From assembly GCF_009914755.1 (NCBI RefSeq), contig NC_060926.1: DNA of 64,000 nt; one strand, written 5' to 3'. Numbering within the stretch: the stretch's first letter is position 1; the number at the start of each line of letters is the position of its first letter. The DNA comes from the human T2T-CHM13v2.0 reference genome, Homo sapiens. Under the pieces are notes generated by a model. It worked only from the letters and a program-made list of their open reading frames with translations. It did not search any database and was not told where the DNA came from. Shown here in pieces: positions 26,952 to 39,330 of the stretch. Made by a program: the position numbers and the translations under genes.

Positions 26952-27239
26952 CCTGGTGCCAGCTGCCCCCAGGATGGTGAATGGGGCACCCCTGGGGAGA
27001 GCAGGGGTCTAGGTTTGTGGTGTGGTGCTGCTGTGACTTGGCTGTAGAGGCTCAGGCAGATTCATAGTCTGAGTCCTCACTGTACCTGAGGAGTCTGACC
27101 AGTTGTTCTGTGGAATCTCTTCCAGGCCCAGGAGGTGAGGTGGACCCTGATCAGGACCCAGGTGTGAGCTTTGCTCCTGGCCTGGGAGGGGCCTTTCTTC
27201 AGTTTTAGAGACTTACCTTCCAATCGGGCCCCCATTCCA

Positions 27240-27865
27240 GTTGTTTCTCACTCCTCCAACACTGCCATCGCTCTCATCTGAGCCTCTCCTTCCTGCAGCC
27301 CTCCCTGGCCACCACCCACCTCTGACAGCCAACCCTAAGTGGCAGAAAAGACCCCTAACCAGGGAAGTCAGACCTTGCCACTCCTCCAAACAAACCCTGG
27401 AAGGGCTTCCACCTCACTCAGCAAAGAGCCCAGAAATCCTTCCAGGGGCCTCTGCCTTCTGTTGCCTCCCTCTGGCCAGCAGTCTCTGCTCAGGCCACCC
27501 AGGGCTCCTTGCTGTTCTTCAGTCAGCACGCCCCTGCACTCACTGTTCAAGACTCTGCTCACGTGAGCCTCCCCGGAGGCTCTCCTGTCACTTCGCTGCC
27601 TCCTGCCTCATCTCACTCTCTGTGATCACCTTGCTTGCCTTTTTTTCCATGGCAAGCATCACTCCTTGCAGTACATTTGCATTTGTTTGCCGTGGTTTTC
27701 AGTCTCCCCCAAGAGGGAAATCAGCAGGAAGACAGGGCTTTGTTTTTTTCTTTTTTTTTTCTATCTGAGCATCTATCATTGATCTGTGCACAGCTGTGCC
27801 CCCACAACCCAGTACACACAGCAGGACACATAGTAGGGCTGATTATAAATTGTCAAAGAAAGGAA
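27240..27865 (+). mobile_element. L2 remnant
   Basis: C-rich L2-like body ending GGACACATAGTAGGG...ATAAATTGTCAAAGAA. Confidence 0.5.
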
Positions 27866-28984
27866 TCAGGAAGTTTTAGCTCCAAGAGTCATGCTTGTCT
27901 GTCCAAGGCCACGCAGTCAGCAAATGCCAGTGGGGTGCCCTTGGTCTGTCTGACTCCAGAGCCAGTGCACATTGATGCATTTCAGTTGCCCTTGAGGACT
28001 TCCAAATCTGACATTGGAGGAGAGAGTGTGCCCTTCTGGGATTCAGTCTGCCTGTCTGTGGCAGACTGGCATGATGCTCTCCAGCCTCTCCCAGTTGCCT
28101 CCTCTGGGATTCCTTACAGCAGATTGGCCGATGGCTGATCCCAACCTCCCAGACAGCAAGAAGGCAGAGGGGAGCTGCAGGGCTTTTCAGGAGGCCAGCC
28201 TGGGGCTGTCTAGACACCAGCCACTCCTGTGGACAGTGCAGCAGCAGCAATGGCAGAGCCGGGTGACTCTGATCAGAAGGGGTGACCTCCTCGGGGGCAG
28301 CACCCCAGGACTGACAGAGGAAGGCAAGTCAGGATATTGCCGAAGCCCGGTCCCCTCCCTCCTTTTAGGATGCCCTGGGGCATCCCCTGAGGCCCAGCAG
28401 CATGGGTCACAAACCCTGTCATGCAAAATTTCCCACTCCTAGGGTGTTGGGGGAGAGGGTGCCTGGACTGAGTTGTGGTCATGCTCACTTACTGCGGTGA
28501 AACACTTCCTCGCATGTGGGCACAGAGGCTGTCGAATATCCATCCCAGAGTCAGTGAATGACATTGCCAGAGGCTGCTGCAGGGGAGGTAATGGACTGTA
28601 GCCACTGAGGGGTCTGAGGGGCAGCCTAGCTGTGAGGGGTGTTTAGCCGCTTCCATGGAGCAGGTGGGGGCTGGGGCAGCCCCTGTGGTGGGATGTCAGT
28701 GGGGTCCAGACCAGGCTCTGGGTCAAAGCCATGTGAGGAGCTCTGGCACCAGAGTGTGGCTTGAGGGCAGTATCCAGCCTTCCCTCAGTAAAGCCTCGGC
28801 ACCACAGGGACGGTGGTGGGAGTGTTGGATGAGGATCTCTGTGTCAGACCACGGCACACACATTTGCACCATCTATCCGATGACATGAAAGGCCTCACCA
28901 ACCACGTCTGGGTGCAAGTGAAGGGAAATGTAGATGGAATTGGCAAGCAATCTGTTATAACTTGCATCACCGGGTAAGCAGTTT

Positions 28985-29125
28985 GGTGATCGGTATAGTG
29001 TATTTGGCAAATAAAAGGGAAAATATTTTAAAACTTTAGGTGGATATTATAATTTACGCAACAGTCCCAGGTGTTAAGCATTTTGAGTATTACACCTGCT
29101 GTAACTTAGCCTGTCCCTGTGGAGG
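28985..29125. promoter_or_regulatory. Candidate enhancer (AT-rich unique island with inverted T-box/E-box sites)
   Basis: CAGGTGTTAA 29068-77 and TTACACCTG 29090-98, TTTACG 29054-59, TTGGCAAATAAA; not recognised as repeat. Confidence 0.35.
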
Positions 29126-31749
29126 CTGCATGGGCGGTGCCCAGGTCGCAGTGGTGCCCACAGAGTGCAGATCAGCCGGGGCTGCAGGCACTGCATCAGG
29201 GAACCCTGTGCCATTGTAACCCTGGGGCTTGGCAGTAGCTCAGGAGGCCTCTGGGAGCCTGTAGGTGGAATCATGAACCCCAATTCCCAGCACTGGGGTC
29301 TGGCAGAGAAAAACTGGCAGGCTGAGGCATCCTTGGTCAAATACCTTGGAGTACAGTCAAACCGAGGCCCAGGCTCCTTGTCCCGTCTCTGTGTCCAAGG
29401 TGTGGGTAGAGGCAGGGGACGGTCTGAACTTCTGAGGCAGAAAGCTCCCTCCCTGGACTCCTTCATGTCGGGGGCAGCCCAGCCTAAAATCCCCACCCCG
29501 AACTTTCAGCCTGCTGAGGGGCAGCTCTAAAGTCCCAAAGTCTTGGGGGAAATCCCAAGACTCGTGAACTTAGGAATGTGCCATCACCTTGTGGAGCCTC
29601 GGCTTCCTCATCGGTAAATGTGGTGACTCCCTAAATCATGGCGCCAACTGCTCAGGAGGGTTCTGAGAACCAGAGCCGAAAACCCTGCACAGGGCAGGAA
29701 CTCCATCATGGCACAATTTTGTTTCAAACATCCGTTCACAGGTCTGCTGCCCTATCCTCACCCGTGGGAATGAGTGAAGTCCCTTCCAGTGGCTTCTCCC
29801 CTGCGTGTGATATAGTCTCAAGCTCTGACCCGGCCCCCAGGGCTCACCTCCTCTGCCCTGCACCCCTCTGAGCTCCCTTCCTCCCCCGGGCCCTGTCTGC
29901 GCTCCACTCCTCCCCGGGACGCCCCCGCCCCCACCCCCGCAGGCTTGCTCTGCTGCAGCCACACAGGCCACCTCCTCATGGCGCTCAAGCCCGCCAGGCC
30001 ACGCCGCCCCACGCCACCCCAGAGCCTTCACACCTGCTGTTCCCTCTGCCTGGAATGCCTGCCTCCTGGCTCTCCCTGAGGGCCGTCAGCCCTCCTCAGG
30101 CCTCTGCTGTGTGCCCCCCCGAGAGGACCTCACCAATAGCAAACATGTTGGGGGCTTGCTTGTGCCCCCACACCCAAATGTGTGCTCTGGCACAGGAGCG
30201 ACCCTGCCTCACTCACTACCTGCCAGGGCCAGGAGGAGCAGAGCCAGCCCTCAGCAGGTGTCAAGGAAGTGAGAGGCTGGCCCTCTGATTGAGGAAGGAG
30301 TGGCTGGCTGCATCCAAGGGGGCAGTCGCAGGCACCCTGGCATGGCTGGGCAGGCCTGCAGCCCAGTGCTAGGCCGAGCGAGGAAGCTGGCACTTTGGCC
30401 GCGAGATCTGGAAGGAATGGAGGGAGGCTGGGTCTGCATGTGGGGCAGTGGCGGCTGTGAAGCTAGAAGTCTCAGGGTCGCCGCCAAATGCGGCAGGCCC
30501 CAAATGAGCACGCTGGGCTCATAAAGCTGGCGGCTGGCAGGGTGGTGTCCCCTTCACAGCCACAACTCTTCAAGAGCACTCGTGGCTCTGGCCTGCCTGG
30601 CCTGGCCACACAGCGCTTGCACCACAGCTCCAGGGCAGCGTCTGCCCTACTCCCTGATGGGGCCAGCCTGGAAGGAGGGCAGCCTGTGGGACCCGCAGTC
30701 AGGGGGTGGGTGGTGGTTGGGCCTGCAGTAGGGAGGGCGAGGCTTGGAGGACCTGGGGCTGGGACTTCCGATTGCTCTGCAGGTAGCCCTGCCCCTACCC
30801 CAGGGGACGTGCTGCCTTTCCAGGGGCACGCAGCCTGTGGCACCACCACGTTCTGCACAGCTGTCCCTAGGACCAAAGGCCCTGGGCACTTACAGCCGAG
30901 GGTACCACCTTCTGTGGTCACTGTGAACCGGACTCTGCAGCCTGACTTTGCCACATGGCCGAGGGTCTCCGCATCTCTGGCATAACCACCTCTCCCTTTT
31001 CCACTCTCCTCCCCTGCCCCTGTTGCCAAGGACTGAATAAAATGGGCAGGTTGTAGATGTCAAGGTTTCATGGAGACCTAAAGGCCCTCCAAAAACATAA
31101 GCAGGGGAGTAGGCCAGTGCTCACTGTCGTCCAGGACATGCAGGCCCTGAGAATAAAGGGGCCCGAGGTGGCACCGTGTCCCTGGGCCCCCAGTGACAAC
31201 CAGGCATGTACCCCCAGAAGACAGGCCCACACTCTGGGCCTGAGGCTGCAGAGAGGCTGCGTGGGTCTCCTTGTGGGACACCTAGTGGGTGGCACAGTAT
31301 CTCTTGGGCCCCCCAACAGTTGCCCTGCTTTGGGAGGGGGTTGGAAGGGGCTCTGGGGTCTGGACCCTGCCCTTGGACAATGTCCTCTGGATACTGCCTT
31401 TGGATTCTGTGTTGGACACTTACCTTCTACGGTGACCGCCGGCACAATCAACTGCCCCCAGTGGGCATACAGAGGCTTGGACAAAGGAAGGCTCCTGGTC
31501 ACAAGTGGCAGGGCTAGGTCTGCCCAAAGCCAGGACTCTTTGAGCCTCCTTCAAGGTGGTTGAGCCCATGCCCCTCATTCTACGGAGCTCAAAAAGGAGA
31601 CCCAGAGACCTGAATCACCTGCTCCAGGCCCTCTGCAAGAGAGGGCTGAGCCAGCCTGGCCACTGAAGCCTCCCAACCCATGGTGATGTCGCTGGGAGGG
31701 AAACCGAGACACCACTCTCTGATCTTACCCCATTCCTGGACCCGCTACA

Positions 31750-32040
31750 TCCCTTCAAGGCAGCCAGTGCAGGCTTGGTTCTCACCCCCATTTTGCAGGT
31801 GAGGAAACTGGGGCCTAGAAAGGTAAAGTGACTTGTTCATGATCACACAGCAAGTCAACTGCCTCTGTTCCCAGGATGCTTTCTGTTTTGTGGCCATGGT
31901 TAAGAACAGGGCCTTTGGACAGAAACCTAAATCAGTAATCTTGACTCTGCAACCAACTAGCTCTGTAGACTTTGGCAAGTTGTTTGAAGTCAGTTTCTCC
32001 CTCTTTAAAATGGAAAAGGATGTTATAGGGTGGTGCTGGG
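31750..32040. mobile_element. Two MIR fragments in opposite orientation
   Basis: CCCATTTTGCAGGTGAGGAAACTGGGG (-) and CTTTGGCAAGTTGTTTGAAGTCAGTTTCTCCCTCTTTAAAATGG (+). Confidence 0.8.
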
Positions 32041-32264
32041 GTCCTTAGCCTGGTACGTCTGCCTGGTACTTTGAAGCACCCCACAAGCAATGACCATTAC
32101 CATTCCCCGGGAGCCAGCCAGGGCCAGGGTGGGCGCTGGGTCTGCCTGGCTCAATTCCCTCTCTGAATCCAGGCCCCCACTGGACAGAGGCTGCCCCGGG
32201 TCTGGAGCTCCTGGCGGAGGTGCACCGCCTGTCTCTCCCAGGAGCGGGAGCGCGCTGAGCCTCT

Positions 32265-32545
32265 CCGGGGGCCATGCCATTGTTTTCTTCTGCCCCAATC
32301 TGTTTTGAATAAACCACGTTTTCATCATCTTGAGCAGTAATCCCCAGCATGAGAGGAATATTGTGAAATGTCAGCCCTTTCTGGAGGAATCTCAGCAACA
32401 TGTTTTTTAATGTTCAGCATCACATATGGGGACAATAAATACTGAAAATATGTGGAACAGAACAGAATGGAAGAGTGCTTGGCACTCGGCTCTGCTTCCT
32501 GCCGCCCTGAGTCTGATTTTTGCATCACAATAAATTAGCCAAGGG
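32265..32545. promoter_or_regulatory. Candidate developmental enhancer
   Basis: AT-rich unique island: CCATTGTT 32277-84, TAATCC 32338-43, CATATG 32423-28, GACAATAAATA, TAAATTA 32531-37. Confidence 0.4.
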
Positions 32546-33789
32546 TAGGAGAGCCCCAGAGGCTCCCTCATGAGCCCCCTGACCCCAGGAACCAGGCTTT
32601 GAATTCCCGGGCTCCAGTCTCCGGGCCCATCCCCAGGTGTTCCCAGGAGAACTACATGCTGGTCCCTCACAGGCCATGCCCCACGGGTGTCACCTGCATC
32701 AGCGCTTGGCACACCTGCTAAGCCGAAGCCATCTCCCCGCCTGCAGATGCGGTGCTGAGACTCATGAAAGGGGCGCTGGCTGCTGGTCACAGAGCTGGGG
32801 CCAAGCCTGGCTGTGAGGACACAGCGCCTGGTGCTCTTTTCCGGTGAGGGCACAGGCTTCCAAACTGCCAGAGCTGGGAGGACCTCAATGATAAATTCAC
32901 CTTGTCCATCCTCCTCATCCCAGAGGTGAGGAGGTGGAGGCTGGGGGAGGGAGGAACTCACGCAAGGTCACATAGCATGCTAGAGAGCCCATGTTTGAAT
33001 CGAGTCTAGACCCTGATGAGATGCTTGACCTTGGACCAGGCATCCAAGCTCTCTAAGCCTCAGTCTCCTTATCTGCAAAATGGGGATGATACTCACCCTT
33101 CAGAGCTCCTGGGAGGATGAGGGGAACCACCCACAAGAGGCTCCCAGAACTGAGCTTGTGGCAGGAAGGTCAGCTTCTCTTCCTTCCCCACCTGCATTCT
33201 TGTCTGCAGCACGGGATATGAATATTTGCCCTGCCTGCCCTGTGGAAAAGCAGTTGAGGGAAGGGGATGTTCCTCATCAGTGATAAAGCAGTGGCCTACC
33301 TGTACATTTGCATCAGCATCATGGCCGGCTCTCCAAGGTGTCCGGGCCCTGGGCAGTTGGCGTCAGCCAGCTGGACAGGCTGACCAGAAAGCACAAATGA
33401 CCCCAGGGAGGGCCGGCAAGGAGGGCAGGCGAGCTTCTGCTGCTGACTGCATCCAGCCCAGTGGACAGAAGGTCACTCTGGGAGCGTGTGTTCTGCCTTT
33501 TAAAGATGCAGAAGTTCAGGTTCAGAGAGGGGAAGCCACTCACCTGTGACTGTCCAGAGGGAGTACCAACCCCACAGGCAAAACCCAGGCATCCCCAGAG
33601 GCCAGGCCTCCCGCACTGGGGTGTCTTGGCCACCCAGTGGTTCTTCCCTGCTGGCTTATGCTCTGCAGGCACCTGGGAGGCTGCCCTGCTGCCCACCTCC
33701 CTCCATCGTCTGTTCCATGCTGGTCACCATCTCCTTGGGTCTCTCCAAGAATGCATGCGCTAGCTGACAGAGGGGCAGGTCCCAGCCAA

Positions 33790-33975
33790 GAGAGGACTTG
33801 GGTCAGTCTCGACTCTGGCCCTTGCTGTTGGGTGGCTGTGGATCAGTCATTTTACCACTCAGCTTCTCTTTTTCTTTTCTGCAAGGTGAGGGTAACTCTC
33901 CTGCCCAGGACTGTTGGGGCTTAGGACTGATTTATAGGACATCCCTGGCAGCTAGTAGGTGCTCAATAAATGAGT
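33790..33975 (+). mobile_element. MIR remnant
   Basis: Ends GCAGCTAGTAGGTGCTCAATAAATG. Confidence 0.6.
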
Positions 33976-35769
33976 CACTGCTGCTTTCTGGGATGAGTCT
34001 TCAGGCTTTTCTTCCTAATCTGCACCGGTTTCCATCTGTGCAGGGCCTGTTTTGACCTTGTCTCAAGCTCCCCAGGGTGCCCCCACAGCACAATTTTGGT
34101 TCCAGCACCCCCCTCTGCCCCGCCCCTCCCCTGCAGCAGCTGGTTCTCCAAGGCCTTACATATAAGTGAGTCATCTGTTTTGGTCTGGGTCCTGTTGGGG
34201 ACACTGCCTCTCTCAATCCCTGGCCAAGTGACCTGGCTCTTCCCCAGCAAATCATGAGAAGCACTCACCTACCCACCCCTCCAGCCAGCCACCCACCCCT
34301 CTGCTGGTCCCCTCCTCTGCTCCGTTTCTCCAGCCATTCCTGTGTTTGGGCTTTCACATCCCCCTTTACTTCTCTTCTTCACTGATTCATTCACCTCCTG
34401 GGCCAGCACAGGGCCTGGCACATAATAGGTGCCCAGTAAAAATGTGTCCACCGATTAGTCCCTCAGCCATGTGTTTGCCCCTTTCCCAATCTTTCATTCA
34501 GCAAACCTTTATTGACCTGCCTCCCGACTGCTCAGGGAATTTTTGGGACTGGATCTTGGCAGGGGGAGTCCCATGAAAATGGCCAGAAGAGGAGAGGAGG
34601 AGTCCCAGGGCTGGGGGAAGGCAGCAGGGGAGGTGGTTTGAGGTGCTGGCCAGGAGTGGAGGAAGCGCTCAGCCTCTCAGGGAAGCTCAGCTGGGCAGGG
34701 CTGGGATGAGCCTGGGAGGGGCAGAGTGGAGCTTCGGCTTGTTTCGGATTAGGAACTCCTGACCCTAGGATGAGTGGGGTAGATGGGGCTACAAAGAGAG
34801 AGAGATAAAAGAGCAGGAGAAGGGGCTGGGGGATACCCAGGCGGAGGAGGCCTGGTGTTCAGGTGCCCACAAGGGGCCAGCATGAGTAAGGAGAGAAGCC
34901 CAACATCCTCTCTTCTAGGACAGAATCCAAGGTTTGCTCAGTAGTTGAGGAGAGAGGGCCTTAAAGGGGAGCCACCTGGTGGCAGCATACCCAAATTACC
35001 GACTAAGCCCTCAGATGAAATGGTATCTGGAGTGGGAGGTGTCATCCCTGCCACACCTGGGCAGTGCTGAGCAGCTGGACTTCCTCTGAAAGCCTGAAGG
35101 GACAGTGTCCACACAGCCCTCCCTGCTCTTATCTGTGTTACCCCGGAGGCCTGAGGCAGTGACTGGTGATGGCTATGTTCACAGGGCTCCTGTATAGCCC
35201 TGAAGCGTCTGTCTGGCCCTGAAATCTTCCCCATACTACAAAATGACTACCCTTCAATCCCCCACACACAGAGCTCCTGGAAACCAGGCCAAGGAGCCCG
35301 GGGACGTGGGTGGGACAGAGTGATGGGGAAATCATGCCAGGGAGGGCGTGCCGGGTTGTAAACGCTTCCACCCTGGATCCCCATTGGGTGGATCCCTCGG
35401 AAAGGGCTATCCCCCACCACATACTGAAGGATAGCAGGAAGGCAGGTGGCCCCAGTGTGGGGTAGGGTCCCCTTGGCCAGGGTAGGAACTCTGACGAGTC
35501 AGAACCCAAACCCGATCAAGCCCACTGCTGTCCACGGCCCCCTAGAAATTGTGACTGTGACTTCCTTCCAATCAGCATGGCTTCTGGGCTGGGTCTCTGG
35601 ACAGGCCTTGAGGACATGGGATCCCATCCGGCCAGGCCACAGAGGAGAGCGAGACCCTGCAAAGCTGCATGGTCAGTCCAGGCCACGCAAACTCTTGGAT
35701 CTCCACTTTTTGGCTCAGCTGCCCCCAAAGTCATCCTTGGCTCTATTTGCTCTCTAAGCCTCAGCAGTA

Positions 35770-35985
35770 ATATTAATAAGGATAATGATAGCAATGGCTC
35801 CCTGGGTTCTGGGCTCTATTCTAAACTCTTACCCCATTCAGATTCATTTCATCCTCACAACCACCCCAGCAGGCAGGAGCTACTGTAAATCCCATTTTAC
35901 AGGTTGAGAAGTGGAGGTAATTTGCCTGGGTTGCACGCTGTTGCTACGTGCCGGCGCTCCACACCCAGCCCTCTTAAACATGGTG
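35770..35985 (-). mobile_element. MIR
   Basis: TCATTTCATCCTCACAACCACCCC...CCCATTTTACAGGTTGAGAAGTGGAGG. Confidence 0.75.
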
Positions 35986-36829
35986 TGGCTGGCAGTGGGG
36001 GGTGGGAGCCAGGTGGTGACCCCAGTTGCATTCTCAAACAGTGGCTTTATTTCACAGGGTGAAAGGCAGGGCACTGGGTGGTAAGACAGCCTGGAGGATG
36101 ATGAAATGTCATTGGGAGCCTTGGGCCTCGGGGTCTGGCTCCACTTTGGTCCAGTGGTCCAGGAGCAGTGTGGAGTGGGTCCTGCAGGCCCAGGATGGGG
36201 CCACCCAGGGGCTTTAAAGCGGGTGGCTCTATGCCCTGGTGACCACCCAGTCCCTCTGCCCTGCTCAGAGCCTTCCTCTCCTGGGAAATTTAACAGACAG
36301 CTGGGCTTCTGCCCAGTCCCTCCAACCCAACAGTCTTCACTCTGGCTCGCCCACACCTCTCAGGAGGCCCCTTGTGACGTGGTGTTTTCACACGTGATCT
36401 CATCAGCGCCCAGACCCAGCCTGGAGACCTGCGTTCCCTCTGCCTTGGCCCCCTTCCTGGGGGCCCCTCCAGCCTCTCTCATCTCCCAGCCCTAGGGCCC
36501 CTCTTCACGGTCCTTCAGGCCTGTAGAATTATGTCCTGATTCCTTGCCATTCAAAGCCTGCTGTGGTCAGGCCCCAGCCAACTGCATCTCTCCCTGTTTC
36601 CACCAAACCAGTGGCAAGACAACCCTGAACCCCCTCCCCTAGCGCCCTGCCAGAGCCAATGCTGTTCCCATTACCCAGAAATTCTCCTTGCTCCATCCCC
36701 CACCTTAACTCACTGACACCCTGCCCATCCCTTGAGATCCATTCCAAATGCCCCCTCCTCCAGGAAGCCTTCCTTCACTGAGGATTCTGAACCTCTGCTA
36801 CATCTTTTTAGCTTTCCCAAAGCCTCCCT

Positions 36830-37310
36830 CATCCTTCAGTAGTTTCTTGAGAAAGAGTATATGGGAGGTAAATTTTTGAGAAGTTTTATGACCCACATTT
36901 TTATTCTACCCTTATGCTTGATTAATTTACCTGCATACAAAATTTCAAAATTTTGCTCCACTGTCTTTAAGCAACCATTGTCCAGTGCTACTCTTTTGCC
37001 TGATCCTTCATAGGCAAAGTAATTTTTTTAAAAATCTCTGTACATGTCTCCAATTTAGGAGCTTTTTTGGGGTTCTGGCCGGCTTTTTGGACTTCCTGTT
37101 TTTCTATAAACCTCGGTTTCAGCTTTCTCCACAGGGCTAAAGAAACGACCCTTCTCCTATCTGCATTCAAGCTTCTGAAATTTTACTGATGCCTCCTCTA
37201 TCATACTCTTTGTCTTAGCAGATTTTCACCTTTAAACATCTCTTTACTGTCATGCCAGGGTGTCTCAGGAGTAGGCAGGGATAAATTCGTGTGCCCCATT
37301 AGCCCTATTT
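36830..37310 (-). mobile_element. HAL1/L1M-like remnant
   Basis: TTTCTTGAGAAAGAGTATATGGGAGGTAAATTTTTGAG...TTTATTCTACCCT. Confidence 0.5.
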
Positions 37311-38058
37311 GAGAAGTCCCTTGGGAGCTAGCTTTGAAGTGCCTCCTGGCTACAAAGGCTTGGCGCTTTGCTCCCAGGCACCCGGGCTGCCCTCTTGAGT
37401 CACCTATGTAGGGCCCTGGTCTACGTGGTGAACGTCCCTAACCAGGAGCAACTACAACAAATCAATGAGGGCCTGTTTGTGGGTCTGCCGTGACGTAAGC
37501 GACGTGCTTGTTTAAGTGAGGCCCTCCACAACCTGCATCATAGCCGTTCTTATGGTGAAATGTTGACTGAGGCTGGATCCCAGTACTCAGGGAAAGACAA
37601 AAGTCTCAGGCCTGGATGGGTAGGGAATCACTTTGCAATAGGGGAGGAAGGGCTTGTCCACACAAAAGAACGATTCCAATGGACAGTGGATGCAGAAACA
37701 CGGCCCTACCCTGTTGTTTGTCAGTAGTAGCCCACGGTCATAGGGGTGTCGAAGGCCTTACTTCTCTTCCTATGCCCTGCCCTGCTCTAAACCCAGCGGG
37801 CAGAGGGCAGTCCGCTGCACCCAGAGTCCCTGAGGCAGCTCTATTCCCGGGCAGCTGTTAAGCCACTGAGTGTCTGTTGCGCATTAACTACTATTACTGT
37901 TGCACATGGTGTGACGGACATCAGGGAACTCCAGGAGTTTCATGCCAGGAGTGCAGAGAGGGTTGGAGTAGTGGAGCAGTGCGTCAATCAGACAATCAAA
38001 GAGGGAAGGCAAGGAGGAAGGGGAGAGAAGAAGAGTTATTGCGGCCCCACTTATATTT

Positions 38059-38188
38059 GGGGTAGCCATATAATTTGTAATCCAAAGCGGGACATGTTTG
38101 AGAGTGTGGGGCACTATGAATAATAATGCAGGACCCCAGGCGTAACCTGGGCGGTCCCAGGCAAGCTGGGCTGTAGTATGGACTCCCT
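38059..38188 (+). mobile_element. MER94 (hAT-Blackjack) MITE
   Basis: GGGGTAGCCATATAATTTG..TCCAAAGCGGGACA..TTTGAGAGTG...GTATGGACTCCCT matches recalled MER94 including TIRs. Confidence 0.8.
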
Positions 38189-39244
38189 CCCACTTCAGTA
38201 CAAGATCTCACTGAAGCCCTAAAACAGTCCTATAATTGGATGGCATTGTCTCCTCATGAGGGGACAGTCTCTCCGAGAGCACAGGCTCCCTGGTTCTGGG
38301 CTGTGTGTGAGTGAGGTTATGTGTGTGAGGTCATGAAGCCGGAGCTGGCACTGGATCTCAGGTTGGTATGATTCTGTCTTTTCAGCCTAAAACCTGCCTG
38401 TTCAGAGACGAGGTTGTTTGACGGGCTAGGTTAGGGGGTCAGGGCCTAATGGAAATAGGGGACTGGAAAGATTGGGAAGATTTTCCAGGCAGCTCAGGTA
38501 CCCAGCGAGCCTGGGGGTTAGTTCCAGGTCCAGGCTCCTTAGGGCCACAGGAAACCTCGAGGCCATGGCCTGCCTGTGCTGGTGGGATCGAGTCAGCAAA
38601 TCCACATCCCCCTGACCCAGCCATGCTCTTGGGCCCCATCAGAGAGGCCCCACGGGATTTTCCCCACTGTCTTTTCACACCTACATAAATCTGTGCACAT
38701 GGTCACAACACAGAGAGTTAGGCCAACACAAGCTATACAGGTGCAATCCACTTGAAATGTGGATGTCTGCAACTTCACAGATATGACAAGAATACGCACG
38801 CGCAGACGTCAACATGCTCCATACACACACCCAGTAACCCTTACTTCGGCTTCATGTGCAATGTGTGCATAGGGGCCTCGGGCGGAGACTTTCAACAGTT
38901 ACCATGTGCCTCACCCCCATGACACTCCCAACCTCTCTCCTGGGAACCCCTGCCCCCCTCTCGAAGGGTGGCAGCTTTGGGGCCCAGCCTTTATGCAAAT
39001 GCCAAGCCACAGCTCACTCCATCTTTTCTCTCCTCTCTAATTGACTGTTTTCCCTCCTTGCTGGGACTGCGGGAGCCCCGGGTCGGCATTCAGAAGGGCT
39101 CTCCCCCCACTGCCCGGCCCCTCCAACCCGAGCTCCCGGCCCTTTTAATCTAGTTACTTTTCCATCAACACACTGGGAGAAAGACACAAAGGGGCATAAT
39201 CGTATCTGTGGCTGTTGATGTTCAATTAACCACATAACCTTTAG

Positions 39245-39247
<3 letters not shown>

Positions 39248-39280
<33 letters not shown>

Positions 39281-39330
39281 CCCCCCTCCCTCTCTCTCTC
39301 TCTCTTTCTTCCCCCCTCTCACCTCACCCC
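39248..39330. repeat. (CT)n/C-rich polypyrimidine tract
   Basis: (CT)15, then C-run, then (CT)n. Confidence 0.95.
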
